From Octopus vulgaris (Eukaryota), in the NCBI GenBank assembly GCA_951406725.2, contig OX597816.1:113460001-113524000 (forward strand): a stretch of DNA of 64,000 nt, given 5' to 3'. Positions 24,334 to 38,370 of the stretch are shown here, piece by piece. The translations under genes and the position numbers were made by a program. Within the stretch, counting starts at the first letter, position 1. Each line of letters starts with the position of its first letter. The notes beneath the pieces are model-generated. The model saw nothing but the letters and a program-made list of their open reading frames with translations. It made no database searches and was not told where the DNA came from.

Positions 24334-27300
24334 TTAAGTATATGATAAAATAAATGATAGGGCTAGAGACCTTTGTTGTTATGTTACAGGCATTGAATAG
24401 ACCAAGTTAGCTTGATTACAACTGTGGCATTAAGGTAAGTAGTGAAACATTTGCAAGTTATTCATTCAACTACTACACAATATATACTGTTTTGTTTTAA
24501 AGCATCATACTTCCCATGTCCATCTGAAATTGGTCAGTCATGTTTGGTAATGGACTATAAACACTGCTCCACCTTACCAGACTAAGTAATAAATATGTCA
24601 GAAAATTATGATTGGGTTGAATTGAAAAAAGAAACAGAGTTCAACTCATTCCAGCTCTTATGCTCAGTAAAGGCTGACTGGAGCTTCAAAATAACAACCC
24701 TTGCAGAATGATGATATAAATTAAAACTTTCAAGTTCCTTTATAACATTACATACAATTTAAATGTTCAGAAATTTCAAGAAATTTAACTTTAAAACAAA
24801 ACATTAGTGCATTAACCAATTCAAAAAATATTGTATAGATAAAAATGGTAATGATTATGAAAAAATACAAAATATGGATTGAAAACGATGGAAATAATTA
24901 TAATTTTCAATAGCATTCTTTTGTTATTTTAATAAGAAAAAATTTTTAAGTCCAAAATTTCTGAAAATAAATATAGTACTAGAATAATAAATATAAAATA
25001 GATCTTAAATTTTATAAAAATTGAAGTAAAAGTAATCACTATAGTATTTTTCATTTCTTTTAGATAAACAGTTTCATACTAAATTTTTATTGAAAGTTTC
25101 ATCTGAAGATAAAATACTTTTTTTATAAATCTAAATTCTATTAATTTAAAAGATGCATACATTATTTCTGAAACTAAATAAGCAAAGTCACTAAAATATG
25201 TTGTAATTAATCAGACTATTTTTTAAAGATGTGAATAGATTTGCAACATTTTTAATACCAATGTACGAATGAATTCTTAATTTCTTCTATCACTGCACGC
25301 CCTAGGTACATTATGATAAAGCTTTCTCACCTTTGCACTGTGAAAGAATAGAGAATGTTATAAACTGTCACACTTTTTAAGCGTAATCAATCTTAAAAAG
25401 GGTTTTAAAAAAACTTATAAAGAAATCAGCACTTAACATTAAATAACTGAGCACGTACGATAACACATCTATGACATGCTCATGTAATAATTACATATAA
25501 TTTTCTGTTTAGATAACATTTCAATGTAACTGACTTAAAACAAATTGTGAAGAAGAAATCTATTTCATGAATATTCAGTGTTATTATTTATATCTTTGGA
25601 TTTCATTATATTTCGAGATAAATGGACATTTTGGAGCATTTCTGTCAGCTATTATTACAATCTGCAAATATGGAACCAGTAATGCATTTTTAATAACGTC
25701 TGCAAAAAGATTCCATCATGCATTATGCTATGAATAATTTGAATTCAAAATCTATAGTTAATTTAAGTTATCTCACAAACATATGTTTAAAACCTGCAAA
25801 ACGAAAACAGGAATACAAATATAAGTACTAACTATACTTTCTTTCAAATTATTTTCTATAAAAATGAGCTAAAAAAATATTTTTACTTAAATTTAAGTTT
25901 TAGCATTTGTTATTGACAATGATAAACAATTTTTCTCTAAGTTTGCTTTCTTTTGTTTTATTTCAGAATTTATTCTCATTAAATTAATGATTATCTAAGT
26001 CTTCAATTAATTGAAAATATAATTTGTTGAACATTTGAAAATTGAAATATTATCAAGTGATACTGGTATTTATAAGTTTAAAAAAAAATTTTCTTAGAAA
26101 TTCCTATACTTGGAAAATTATTACCACAGCATTTAAAAAGGTATATATTAAAGGTTTTATTTGAAATGCTATAAAACTGTTTCTTAGTTTTCCAATAAAC
26201 CTTAAAAAAAAAACCTTTGAATCAAACAGTATTTTGCATTTAATGAAATTTGTATATTGCTTTTACATATGAAGTCAAATTCGAATGAATTATTATCATC
26301 TTTGAATTACTCATTTAATAAAAGAATTAGTCATGATTTTATTAAGTACCTATCATTTGCGATAAGAATCTGAATTTAAAAGTTTATTAAACTTTGCAGC
26401 ATATTGAATTCAGAATGTAAAAGTCTTCTTTAATTTCACTCTTCTACAATATAATCTTGGTAAGTTCAAATATAAATTACTTAGGGGTAAACTCCTTGTA
26501 CTTGTTGAGTACAATCTAAGTTGTAGTAAAGAGTAATAAAAAACTCATTCAACATAATAGTTGATAATCTCAATTTACAACAAAAAATAGGAAAATTAAT
26601 GTACATATTTAAATTAAGAACACAATGCATACATTTTTCTGTCACATTCAGTGGCTAACTTATTGAATAAATATTTACAACTGCTAAAAGTCAAAGAAGC
26701 TAAACAGTATGATGAGTAAAGGATAGGTTTTTGGTATTGTATATCATTAATAAACTGACAATAGAACTGTGAAGTGGCGCTTAAATTTTAAGTAAAACCT
26801 GTTCTAAACCATTAAATTATTTTCAAACCTAACAAAACCATACTATAACTTATATTACATTAAATAATATATTTTCTCTAATTCCATGAATATGTATGTT
26901 ATTCTTCATTGAGCACTCCAGCTGTGTAATTTAACACCTGGTTACTATTGCTAGCTCATTCTTTTATTGTTTTAAGTTGACATTTTCTGTAATTCAGCTC
27001 TTGACTAAAGGAAAATTCATTACATTTTAAACTTATAGTTAACTAATGCATGTTGGGTTAGGTATTTTGCTGTTCTTGGTTGATAAATTTAATCTTCTCA
27101 CCTTGGATTCTTTTAGTAAGCTTGTGGGCCAGGTCTCCAGTCTAAGTATAACTTTCTCCCTTCTTCCCACCTGTCTTAGAAAATGTAAGGGCACTGCTCT
27201 TACTCCTTTTACTGATTCATCTGAAACTTTAAAAGGATAACTACAGAATTGGTGCCACTATTATAATATTTCTTCATTCATGGTATCTTACACAATACTG

Positions 27301-29938
27301 TATCAGTGTTTATGAAAAAAACTATTGTCAGAGATGATGTCTAGAAACCTATAACAAATTTCTTTTAAGTTTTATTTCTTCCGTGTAGTTTTTTAATTCT
27401 TTAGTTTATTTTATTTCTTGTGGCTAAGGCCATACTGGAGAATTGACTTCATACTGGAACACAGCTATAAGAATTTTTGTAGTATTCTTATATTTATTTT
27501 TTTCCAAAAATTTCAATGAAATAGTAAAATTATTGTATTTTTTAACCAACTTTAATTCTTGAATTCTTGAATATTTATTATGTCTGTTAAAGAATAACTG
27601 TATGATTTCTTGATATTTTATGATATAAAAAAAGAGTTACAAATAAAAAAGGACATTTTAGTAGATAAGGAATGTATGGCATTATAGTTATTACAAATAA
27701 TAACATAAGAGAAAAAATACATCAATTCACATTTACTTCATTTTCTTTATTCTTTGATATAATGAAAATTCTATTTTTGCTTAAGGAGTTGATAAGAAAA
27801 AGTGAGTTATTAGAACAGAATAATTAGTGGAAAGATTCCATGAGTCTTTCCCCAATTATGAATCAAGATCACATTTCAGTATCATCTTTGGACAGCAAAG
27901 TATAATTTGAGATGAATACTGAAGGTTATCAGTACAATATGACATGAATCTAATAAAGACAAAATTAAATGTGAAAAGTTGAAGAACTTGCTTCTGTAGG
28001 AATATACCCTAATTGAGAACTTGTCTCAAAAATTCAGATTAGCAGTATCCTGATCCTAAAAACAGCTACATGAATAATATCTAATAAAGATATTTAGGTG
28101 ATCAAACAGATGACAGATATTTAGTTAGAATACATTGCTATTATCTTGTAGTTTTCTGAAAATGAGCTGCAAAGCATCAGTTATGATTTAAAGTTTCTTA
28201 AGAAATTTGGAAGAACTAACAATATGTTATTGTATATCTAGGAAGGTATGTATATATTATGTAGACTATTGCAATCAATGTCAAAAGATAAAATTACTAA
28301 AACACTGAATTACAATATTCTTAACATTGTACTAAAAAAGTGAATTAGGCTTTAATTTTCAATTCAATAGTATTACATTGTAAGAATAGAATATTGTTGA
28401 GTGTGGATAATTTTTACAATTCATCTTTTAATCTCTTAATCCAATTTTTTGTTTTTAGAACAGAAACATGAATACATTTTAAATAGGTATTAGGTTTCTG
28501 CTATTTCATTAACATCTATCAATTTTATTTACAGCATTAATTAGTCAATTATATAACAATAAAAGCTTCAATAACATTTTCTATAGTGATTTATTAATTG
28601 TGATTAGAAATCAATAATTTTCTTTATTTTTTATTCAGTTGCATTTTCTATTATTTTTTACAAGTTTATTATAGTATAACAAGTATTTATTATTTCATTT
28701 TATTTTAACCCTAATTAACACTGTATTTTCACAACCAGATGTTATTAAAGAGCAGTTTGGAAATTTTAAATGAAAAATCAAATTATTTTGATTAATTAAG
28801 AATATGAAAATGTATTTTTCTATAGAACTCTTGTATCATTATCCTGTCAAAGGAACTTTTTGATATGAGAAGAGTTGTGTATTATTAATAATGCTATTGT
28901 TTTGGATCTGCTGCTATAATTCATGTAATTAATTCAATTTATATCTTAAACACTTTTTAAATATTTATAAGCATTACTTTAAAATAGATCCATATCAAAC
29001 AGCCCACTACACAAAATTGATATATCAATGCTTTGCTATTTTCTTTTAGTATTACATACATATAAATCATAAAAGTTTATACAAAGGGCTAAGGAAATGA
29101 TAAATGAATTAGCCTATTCATGTAATGCATGAATATAGAATCTATATTCTCTTCAAACCATTTGTCTCACATGGACACTAGTAACAAGAACTTCCAGGTA
29201 CTTTGGCTCAAAGTCCCTGTTTATCCACTCTTCTAAATTCTTTTTTACTGCTTATGAAACTTCAGCCACTAGAGGCAATTCCCTTATCTATCTCACCTCT
29301 CACTGAAGTGACTACCTTGATGACTTCAGTATATGCAAGCTTTCTTAGTCCACAAATATCCTGAACTGTCTGCATTAATTAGTATCCTTATGTAAATTAT
29401 AAACCAAAACAATGCCTACATTTCTTTAATCCATTCTTTTCCCATCAGATCCTCTGATCATTGTCTATTAATATATTGTGCAGCAACACCAGGATGGACC
29501 TTATCTGATGACATTTCTCTTAGACATTAGATGCAATTTGAGAGAGATTTTTCTGTCATAGTGAGTTCTCAGAGAATCCATTTTTGTTGGTGGATAAACT
29601 CAGGTTACAAAATCAATTAAGTGAGATCACTATCACTATTATTACTATTATCATTGTTGTTGCTTTTATCTTTTACCTTCTGTAGACACAGTAACAGTGT
29701 TGTTGTTATCAGCAGTGTTATTGTTGTTCCTTTATGAGTTTTTAGCTGGTATTGTTTTGTCTCTGGCTAGCCACAGAAAAAATGTGGAGTGGGATTGGCA
29801 GATTGTAGTTATTGTTTCTTTTTGTGCTGTTGATTTTGTTGTTTTTGTGTTTGAGTTACCTTTTGTAGCCATAGTGAAGGGACTGGCTTTGCTGTTATCA
29901 TTACATGGGACAGCAGCAGTAGCAGTAGCAGCAGCAAC

Positions 29939-29972
<34 letters not shown>

Positions 29973-30384
29973 TGGATGGTTAATTAGCAGACAGTCTGGT
30001 TAGCATATGTGACTACAACTCTCCTCAGTATTTCAACTAGTCAATTTGGGCTTTTTGAAAAGTTCAAGAGAAACAAAAGAAAACAATCATCTGGAAATAT
30101 ATGGAAAATATATGTGAACGCTGCACCTTTTACTTGATCTTACAGAAACTAATGATGACATTGCATATTGTTATTGTTATTACCATCATTACTATCATTA
30201 TTATCACTATTAAAGAAAACTGCATGTTTACATATGTGGTGGTATGAACCTATTATTTCAATCATTAATTCCATGTAATTATCAAAAGTAGCATGTAAAA
30301 TAAAAGTCGTATTACCAGATTTTTGTGCATCTAACATCATTTCTGCCAGGTTTTTGTGATGTTATCTAATTAATTTTTCCTGTT

Positions 30385-30570
30385 TTGGCGAGCTATGCTT
30401 GTGCACAATGCTTAGTGATGTTTCATCTGTCTTTATGTTTTGAGTTCAAGTTCTGCTGAAGCTGACTTTGCCGTTCATTCTTTCAGCATTGATAAAATAA
30501 ATACCAGTTGGGCACTTGGGTTTATGTAATCAACTTATGTCCTCTCTTGATGTTGCTGGTATGGGTGCTA
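30385..30570 (+). mobile_element. SINE (family with ttctgagttcaaattc(c/t)gc...gactttgcctttcatcc core)
   Basis: Same motif recurs at about 31915-32130, 36670-36760 and 36830-37020 (+), and 51620-51770 and 53440-53640 (-). Confidence 0.7.
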
Positions 30571-30648
30571 TTAAGTGGCATGGGTACTTTTTACATGGCA
30601 TATACTTATATGGCCTGTGTGTGTGTGTGTGTGCATGTATATATGCCT

Positions 30649-30680
<32 letters not shown>

Positions 30681-30829
30681 TTGGCGTTAGGAAGGGCATC
30701 CAGCTGTAGAAACACTGCCACATCTGACTGGCCTGGTGCAGCCTTCGGGCTTCCCAGACCCCAGTTGAACCGTCCAACCCATGCTAGCATGGAAAGCGGA
30801 CGTTAAACGATGATGATGATGATGATGAT
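30681..30829 (+). mobile_element. Young RTE 3' stub inside (TA)n
   Basis: Reverse complement of 7423-7575; (GAT)n tail; (TA)n on both sides. Confidence 0.9.
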
Positions 30830-30854
30830 ATATATATATATATATGTATATACA

Positions 30855-31485
30855 AAATAATATTATTATGGAGGCAACACAGGTGAAGTCTAAAAGAACA
30901 TAATTGAAATATGCATCCAAAACTTATATGAATACATATATTCTCCCTAAAATGGAAATAAAATTCCAAAATACACAAATATATATAAATAGACAATATC
31001 CATGCAATGCATAAAACACGACTGAATTTAAGAAAATATTATTTGTAAGTACATTTAAAATCGCACATTGTATGAGGAAATTAAAAATTTAACTTGAAAG
31101 GATTAAGTATTAAAAAGACATATTAAAATCAACGAAAGAAAAACTATAAACAACACATCTACGGGCTGTTTCAGAGATGTGCCAAGGAATATGACATATT
31201 TCATATTATTAATCGTGGCACTCCCCTCATCAGGATGTTACACACAAAGATCATAAATACATCTACATACCAGTGCCGGTCAACTGTCAGCGGCAATGTA
31301 AGATCTTAAATTCAATCGTGTTTTATGCATTGCATTGATATTGTCTATTTATATATATATATTTGTGTATTTTGGAATTTTTTCCACTTTTTTAGAGAAT
31401 ATATGTATTTATATAAGTTTTGGATGCATATTTCAATTATGTTCTTTTAGACTTTGCCTGTGTTGCCTCCATAATAATATTATTT
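30855..31485. repeat. Fold-back element with about 180-bp inverted arms enclosing a hammerhead
   Basis: Arms 30855-31033 and 31304-31485 are near-complementary; TA-rich tracts at about 30830 and 31565. Confidence 0.9.
31155..31238 (-). ncRNA. Type-I hammerhead ribozyme, intact core
   Basis: Minus strand: acatc-CTGATGA-ggggagtgcca...(aatatga/tcatatt)...tggcacatctct-GAAAC-agccc-GTA-gatgt; stem I 5 bp, stem II about 11 bp plus an inner helix, minimal stem III. Confidence 0.8.
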
Positions 31486-31609
31486 CAATTAAAGCTCACA
31501 GCGAGCACTACATTTTCCTTCTGTATTAATGTGAGTTATTGTTAATAACAAGCTCTAATTAAACTATATATTATATATATATATATATATATAATATGGT
31601 TTTTGTATT

Positions 31610-31760
31610 TGATGGGTTTCTTTCAGTTTCCATCAACTGCATTCACTTACAAGGCTTTGGTCAGCCTGGAGCTATAGTAGAAGACACTTGCCCAAGGTAC
31701 CACACAGTAGGACTGCATCTGAAGCCATGAAGTTGGGAAGCGAATGTCTTCACCACATAG
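31610..31760 (-). mobile_element. tRNA-derived SINE, main family (5' part)
   Basis: Reverse complement of the 47647-47806 head; further copies at about 225-380, 4672-4750, 32190-32430, 45260-45395, 61290-61390 and 62710-62850. Confidence 0.8.
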
Positions 31761-32917
31761 TTTTATAGTTTCCTATATGTTTTTTTTTTATTTCTTCATT
31801 CTTATATGTATTCATTTAGTAAAACACAGTAAAATTTAAATTCTGTTGCATTGATGGTTGTTTGTTAAAATAAAATCTTCCATGCAATGATCCATATTAG
31901 TTTGCTGATGATTCCTAAAGCAGTGAGCTGGCAAAATCATTAGCATGCTGGGTAAGGTGCTTAGCTGCATTTTCTCCATTTTCAGGTTCTAAGCTCAAAT
32001 TCTGCTGAGGTCAACTTAGCCTGTCATCCTTTTGGGGTTGATAAAATAACTATCAGCTGAACACTGGGGTCAATGCAATCAACTTATCTCCCTGCCACCC
32101 AAAATTGCTGGCTTTATGCCAAAATTTGAAATAAATGTATTGATGATTCCTTTATTTTGATATTAAGGGCCATTCAGAATACCTGTGTTGTTAGAAGCTT
32201 GCTTCCCAACCACATGGTTCCATGTTCAGATCCACTGTGTGGCATCTTGGGCAAGTATCTGCTACTATAGCCTCAGGCCAATAAAAGCCCTGTGAGTGGA
32301 TTTGGTAGAGGGAAACAAAAAGAGACCAAAAGAATGAGTCCTGGGATTGATTTGTTTGACTAAAGGTGGTGTTCTAGCATGGCCACAGTCAAATGATTGA
32401 AACAAGTAAAAGAATGAAAGAATAAAAGAATAACAACCAAGGTCAATTGTGGTTAGTTGAGTTTTTAAATGTATGCCTTATCTTCACCTCTCTCTATCTC
32501 TCCTTTACTCTCCTACCTCCTCACCATAGCCTTCACCTACTTCCCCACTACATTTATATATATCTGTTAAATTCCCCTGACTCCTGTCCCCCATCTCATT
32601 GACAGTCACAGGCTCAGGGATTCCAGAATAGCTGGTATATGTCCCCGCCATATATACTGCCAACCATTCTGACTACCCAGGCATTTCAACTAGGTACACT
32701 TGGACAATTGATCAGGATTGCTTTTATATTGTGCTGTTTTGAAACATTTGATAGTTTTGAAACAATTGATACTTTTCTAAACTATATGAATGCACGCATG
32801 CACGCACACATGCACACACACGTATATAAATAATTGAGATTCAGTTGAATTAGGTACTTAAGTAGAAGCACCAAATCAGTCCAATACTATCTGTACAGCT
32901 CGAAGTAAGGTGAATAA

Positions 32918-33304
32918 AATCAAAATAATCAACAGGATATCAAGAAGTGATGCAGTACGTCTGTTTCAAGCGGCTCCATTTAATTGAACAATGCAATCGT
33001 TATATCAATTTAAATGCAGAACTTTACAAGCTATGAACCTAGTGGGTTTCATGCCTTTCTTGGAAGCATAGCCTATTCTTAGCCACAATAGAAACAACAT
33101 GGATTTCTTCCATCTTCTTGCTCTGTTAAAGTATTTGAGAAAAACTATACTAATGTGTCCAACTGATTAAAATTCTATTTATTTGTGCAGCTGATGATAG
33201 GTCTGCATTTAAATTGATGTAATGATTGCATTGTTCAATTAAATGGAGCCACTTGAAACAGTCGTACTGCATCACCTCTTGATATCATGTTGCTTATTTT
33301 GATT
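32918..33304. repeat. Fold-back element with about 103-bp inverted arms, Penelope-pLTR-like
   Basis: 32918-33020 is the near reverse complement of 33202-33304. Confidence 0.9.
33185..33272 (+). ncRNA. Type-I hammerhead ribozyme, intact core
   Basis: gtgcag-CTGATGA-[long stem II including catttaaattga/tcaattaaatg]-GAAAC-agtc-GTA-ctgcat; stem I 6 bp; base of stem II imperfect. Confidence 0.8.
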
Positions 33305-33520
33305 GTCATTGCCACTACCACCTGACTGGCCCCCATGCCGGTGGCACATAAAAGCACCCACTACATTCTCGGAGTGGTCGGCGTTAGGAAGGGCATCCAG
33401 CTGTAGAAACTCTGCCAGATCAAGACTGGAGCCTGGTGCAGCCATCTGGTTCACCAGCCCTCAGTCAAACCGTCCAACCCATGCTAGCATGGAAAGCGGA
33501 CATTAAACGATGATGATGAT
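33305..33520 (+). mobile_element. RTE 3' stub joined to the fold-back arm
   Basis: tgccggtggcacataaaagcaccca...ccatgctagcatggaaagcggacattaaacgatgatgat then (TA)n. Confidence 0.9.
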
Positions 33521-36500
33521 ATATATATATATATCAAACAATATTTCCAACAGAATAGTATTGAAAAATATATAGAAAGGAAATTGTAATAATGTAAAAT
33601 AAAAATATTATATATCATTTAAATACTAAAGGACTTCTGAATCCCTTGTATATTTGATGTTTTTCTTCTTTTTAACAATATTGTATCGTAATCATAGTAT
33701 TAACCATCAAGATTAGAATTCACTTGTAATTTTGAGTGGTATGGTGTATTCTGTATATTCATATTTTTGTGCCAAAATTCATAATTATATTATTTTCTAT
33801 TTACTTAACTGCTTTACATTCTTTGCCTAGACCCATATAATTTTACATGGACTTATCAATGTAATTCAGTAAATTGTATATATTTATATGTGGAGAACAT
33901 TTATATTTGTATTAAATCATTTTAGTTAATACTTCTTTCAGAATACCTATTTTTCTTTCGCTGGTGTCTTGCCACTGCTTAACAACACCAATTGTATTGA
34001 ACTTAAAATGCATACTCTTAAAGAAAAGTAGTATGCAGTGGCATATATTTCTAAAAGTTCCTGTTGGAAGCAAAAGGAAATCTATTAGAATAAGAGGTAA
34101 CTTTTAGTATAGTGGTATATACATTTTCTTAATATCATGTCCCAAAAGGGATGGAAATCTGATATTTATTGTCATGATTTACAAAGAAAAGAGATTAGAA
34201 GTCGTGTAACTTTAAATGTTTGCAATATTTTTGAAGAAAGGGTTGTTTTTATTCACTTTTTAATGGCTTCTGATACCTTTAAGAGCTGAAATGTTTGCAT
34301 GAATACTTTCCAAAAGTTATTGAAATCAAGCAAGATATTTAACCCTGTAATTTTGAAATATCTACATTTGTTATTTCAAATATTCTGTAGATAACTGAAG
34401 ATTAAGAATGTCATTGAATAAATGTGTATGAAAATGGGTTTGATAGTAGATGAGAAAATATTCATTTGTATAATGCATATAAAAACGGAAAATTTTACTC
34501 TTTATTAAGCAGGTAATGTAATGTATCCAGTTCTCTGAAGATATATCTGCATAAATTGCTTCTGATTGTATTAATAAAATTGTATGGAAACTTTACTTCT
34601 AAAAGCCTTCAAAGTAAGTGCCTGAAATAATCTAGGTGTGAAACTTATGGTTAGAAAAGTGTAAACTTTTGCAGCTGTTTCTTTGCCTTCAATTTTTAAT
34701 ATAAATTTTCCACAAGTTTTGCTAAATATTTTATTTAACTAAAGTAAGTTTAAGATGATTTGATCTTATCTAAATTTGCACCTACACCCACCAAAAAAAC
34801 CTATGTGAACATAAATAAATTATATTCTAATGGTATTAATTTCCAATTTTCTATGAATTTGTAATTTTACTATAAAGGGATTATATTTCAGATAATGCAT
34901 TACCATATGATGACTATGTACCTAGTTTGGAATATATAACAACTTAAAATTTATTAATATATGCTTATGATCAAAATATTTTGCTATTTTTGTTTGATCC
35001 AACTCTGATTTCCTTAAGTAAATCCTATAAATGAAAATCTCAGCAATCTGTATTTACTCAACAAAAGCCAATAAAGGCCATAAATTGTTGGTTAGGGGAA
35101 GCTCTAGTGTTAAATAATGTCTTAAATGAAACTCACTGCCTGGCCCTCAAATCCTTTTCTTGAGTTCACTCTGTTGCAAACATCCTGACTAGGTATCTTG
35201 ATTAAAATTTACTTCTTGCCTTCCACCCTATGTCTAAGAGGAGCTAAAAAATGGTTATTATCATTAACGTTTCTCTTCTAAGTTATAATAAGATATTTGA
35301 TGAAATCTTTAAGAAAACATTTAGAGAGGAACTTTAGTTTGGTAGATCTGTAAATGATGTAATGTTATATTTCTATCTATACTTAAGACAAACCTAATTG
35401 AGCAAACTTTATTATGTATGTATGCCTTAAATGTAGAAGACCCTTAATAACAGTCTAGAAGGGCTGTCTTAAACTGCAAATGTTAACATTAACAATTTTT
35501 ATTTAATTTCTTTCTTGAAATGGCATCATTACTGCAACCAAATGTTGTAATTAAAAAGCTGGAGCCATATTTTATTCAACAATACATTTACAACCACAAC
35601 TTTACTGTAAACATGTACCTATGTCTTTCTCAAAATTTCCTCTCAATATCTCATATGTTACAGTTTATTTATTAAGTTAGAATCATGCTAAAACTTTAAA
35701 ATTATGTATCTCCTAAAATTATAAGTCTCTGAAAGATGGTATTGGTTTCAATCATAAACAGAATAGTGATTTCTAATACTGAAATAATTAAAGATTCTAT
35801 TATCATATAGGCTTCTGTGGCATTGTGACATTTATGCCTTTTCCAAGGACATGCACTGTCAGTAAAACCATCCTTTAAATTAATGTGTTAATTACATCAG
35901 TTTGATTTAATCTTTCATTGCATAAGTCCAAACCTGAAAAGAATTTCTGGATTTTGATCATAAAACAAACAGACGAGAATTTATTGTTCTTGTAACTTCC
36001 TCAGCTAAAGTTTGCAAAAGGTTTGCTTCATTATCATCTATGCTTTTATGAAAGAAAATTTTGAAGAAAAAAGAAAAAAACTCAAAATCTATATACATTT
36101 ATATTTTGGATGTTTGATAATTTAAAATTTCATTAGTTTCAAGAAAAATCTATAAAAAAAATAGGAGAAAATATGTGATTATGTTTGATAAATAATAAGA
36201 AAAACATCATTTTTCATTATAATTGGTGAAAATTAGATTTAGGCAATATTTTACTTTTCATTTTAATATCTTAATCATTTTAATGCCACAGTTAGATATT
36301 GTTGTAATCTAAAATATGGTGTTAGTATAAAACAGAAATTAATGCAAAGAAGGATTGATGTATTAGATGTTTAGTAACTCTGATTACTTTATTATGTATT
36401 TATACAAAATATTATCAAAATGATACTTTGATGACATTTTGAAAACAGGAATTTCTTATGGCCAAAATGAATCACTACTTTGATTTATATCTATTCTATT

Positions 36501-38084
36501 GAACTGTAAAAATAATATACATTGCAAAAACTTGCTTGCCAAAGTATAAAAAGAAAATGTGTTCCTCCCTCTTTTTTAAAATTTTGATTGTCATCATCAT
36601 CATCATTGTAGTTATTAAAAATAGTGGTATATCAAATTAAATGTTCTGTAGAATCTGGTTTTGTTTCTTTTTGTTCTGAGTTCAAATTCCGCCAGGGCTG
36701 AGTTCCAATTCCACCTTTCAATATGATAAAATATCAATAATGTACTGGGGTTGATTTGCATATAATTCATTGCTGTCCTCCATCTATGCTGTTGTTGTTG
36801 TTGCTGTTGTTGTTGCTGCTGCTGTTGTTAAAGCAGTGATCTGGTAGAATGGTTAGCATATTTTGCCCACCTTTATATTCTGTGCTTAAATTCTGCCAAG
36901 GTAGACTTTGCCTTTCATCCTTTTGTGGGGTGGTACCAGTTGAGCACTGGGGATGATGTAAATGATTAACTCTTCTCCCACATAATTTCAGAGGTCTGAT
37001 GCAGAAGGTAGGGAGGAAGATCTCTTTATCCACATCCTGTGTGATATTATATAATATATAGAGATGCAGGAGAAGTGAAAATCACTCTATTGCTACACTC
37101 AAATGTGAGGGGTTCATTTTTAAACCATTCTATATGAATGGGCAGATGAGTGGCAAAGGTGATGTTGGCGAATGTGTTATTAGAAATAGCCTATAGTTGC
37201 TGTTTTGAGTGCTCTGAGGGAAAAGGATGTGAGAGTCCTTTAAGTGAATGAGCTTTACCAAGAAAAGTAGTTGGGAGCTAGAAGGAGCTCTTAATCCTGA
37301 TAGAGAAGTTCAAATCAATCCCCAAGTGTATATCAGATGAGAAACCCCACACAATAAATGTAACAAAACAAAGCACAAAAGGCATCATATCAAACCATAA
37401 ACTGACTCAAGTAATATATTGTAAAAATGCTAAAATCCAAAACAGACATACCTGATAACAAATTGAATATGATCATTATAATTTGTAACTTCAATTCTGA
37501 AAGTGAAAGTTGTAAACTTGTCAATTTTCACATTTACATTGGCTTTGCAAACACAGCACTCTGTCATAGACTCACCATGCCATTTACAACACAGAACAAT
37601 TGCAACACAGTATACCACACATCTTAAAATAGAACAAGATAGAAAATTATTAATATATCTATATAATATAGAATTCCCTACAGAAATAGATAGTTAATTA
37701 TATAAGTAATACTTATATTTAAAACAAAATTAAAATTAAGACACAAACTACATATATACATCACAAACAAGATAAACTCCAATGATCAAAATATATATAT
37801 GATGACAAGGAAATGTAAGTGACAAATTTTGGTAGTAAAGTCCGCATTAAAAAAAATGTTACCCACTATCAAAGAAAATGTAATACAGGCACCAGCACTG
37901 CTTCACATACTGATAAAGATGTTGAGTTGATCTGTAAACATTAATAAAAATGAATGTTGGAACTTCTCTGTAACAAACTACCAAAAACTAACTAAAAAGA
38001 TTAAACTGGAAAATAGTCATTTTTTAACTATAATATTTTTAAAAGAAAAGCTTTATCCATATATAAATGTGAGTGTGTGTGTGT

Positions 38085-38370
38085 GTGAAGTCATGTCACA
38101 GCTTCAATACAACAGATGTGTGATTAGAATGTCACAGGAAATAATTGTAAGATAGATTCTTCAAGCTGAGCCAACCAGTAGGAGAGCTAAGGGTAGACCA
38201 AGAATGAAATGGTTGGATAATATCCATAATTTCAGTTGGTCATCTTTGGGAATCCAACTGGAGAGTCTAATGACAATTGCTTCTGATAAGATACTATGGA
38301 AGAAGCACCTGAAGATTTCCTATCAACCCTCCCAGAAATAGTGGACAGAGAAGATAGATGGATGAATGGA
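38085..38370 (+). mobile_element. Old RTE-like LINE C-terminal fragment (second RTE family)
   Basis: VIRMSQEIIVR*ILQAEPTSRRAKGRPRMKWLDNI; homologous to 49380-49940. Confidence 0.75.

Noticed and set aside
25280-25360. Possible miRNA hairpin around tttgcactgtgaaag
   Set aside because: Pairing is short and discontinuous; no match to a mature miRNA I recognise
29697-29987. Hydrophobic 96-aa ORF and a Thr-rich antisense frame
   Set aside because: Driven by (GTA)n/(GCA)n repeats; the antisense frame has a stop; no recognisable domain
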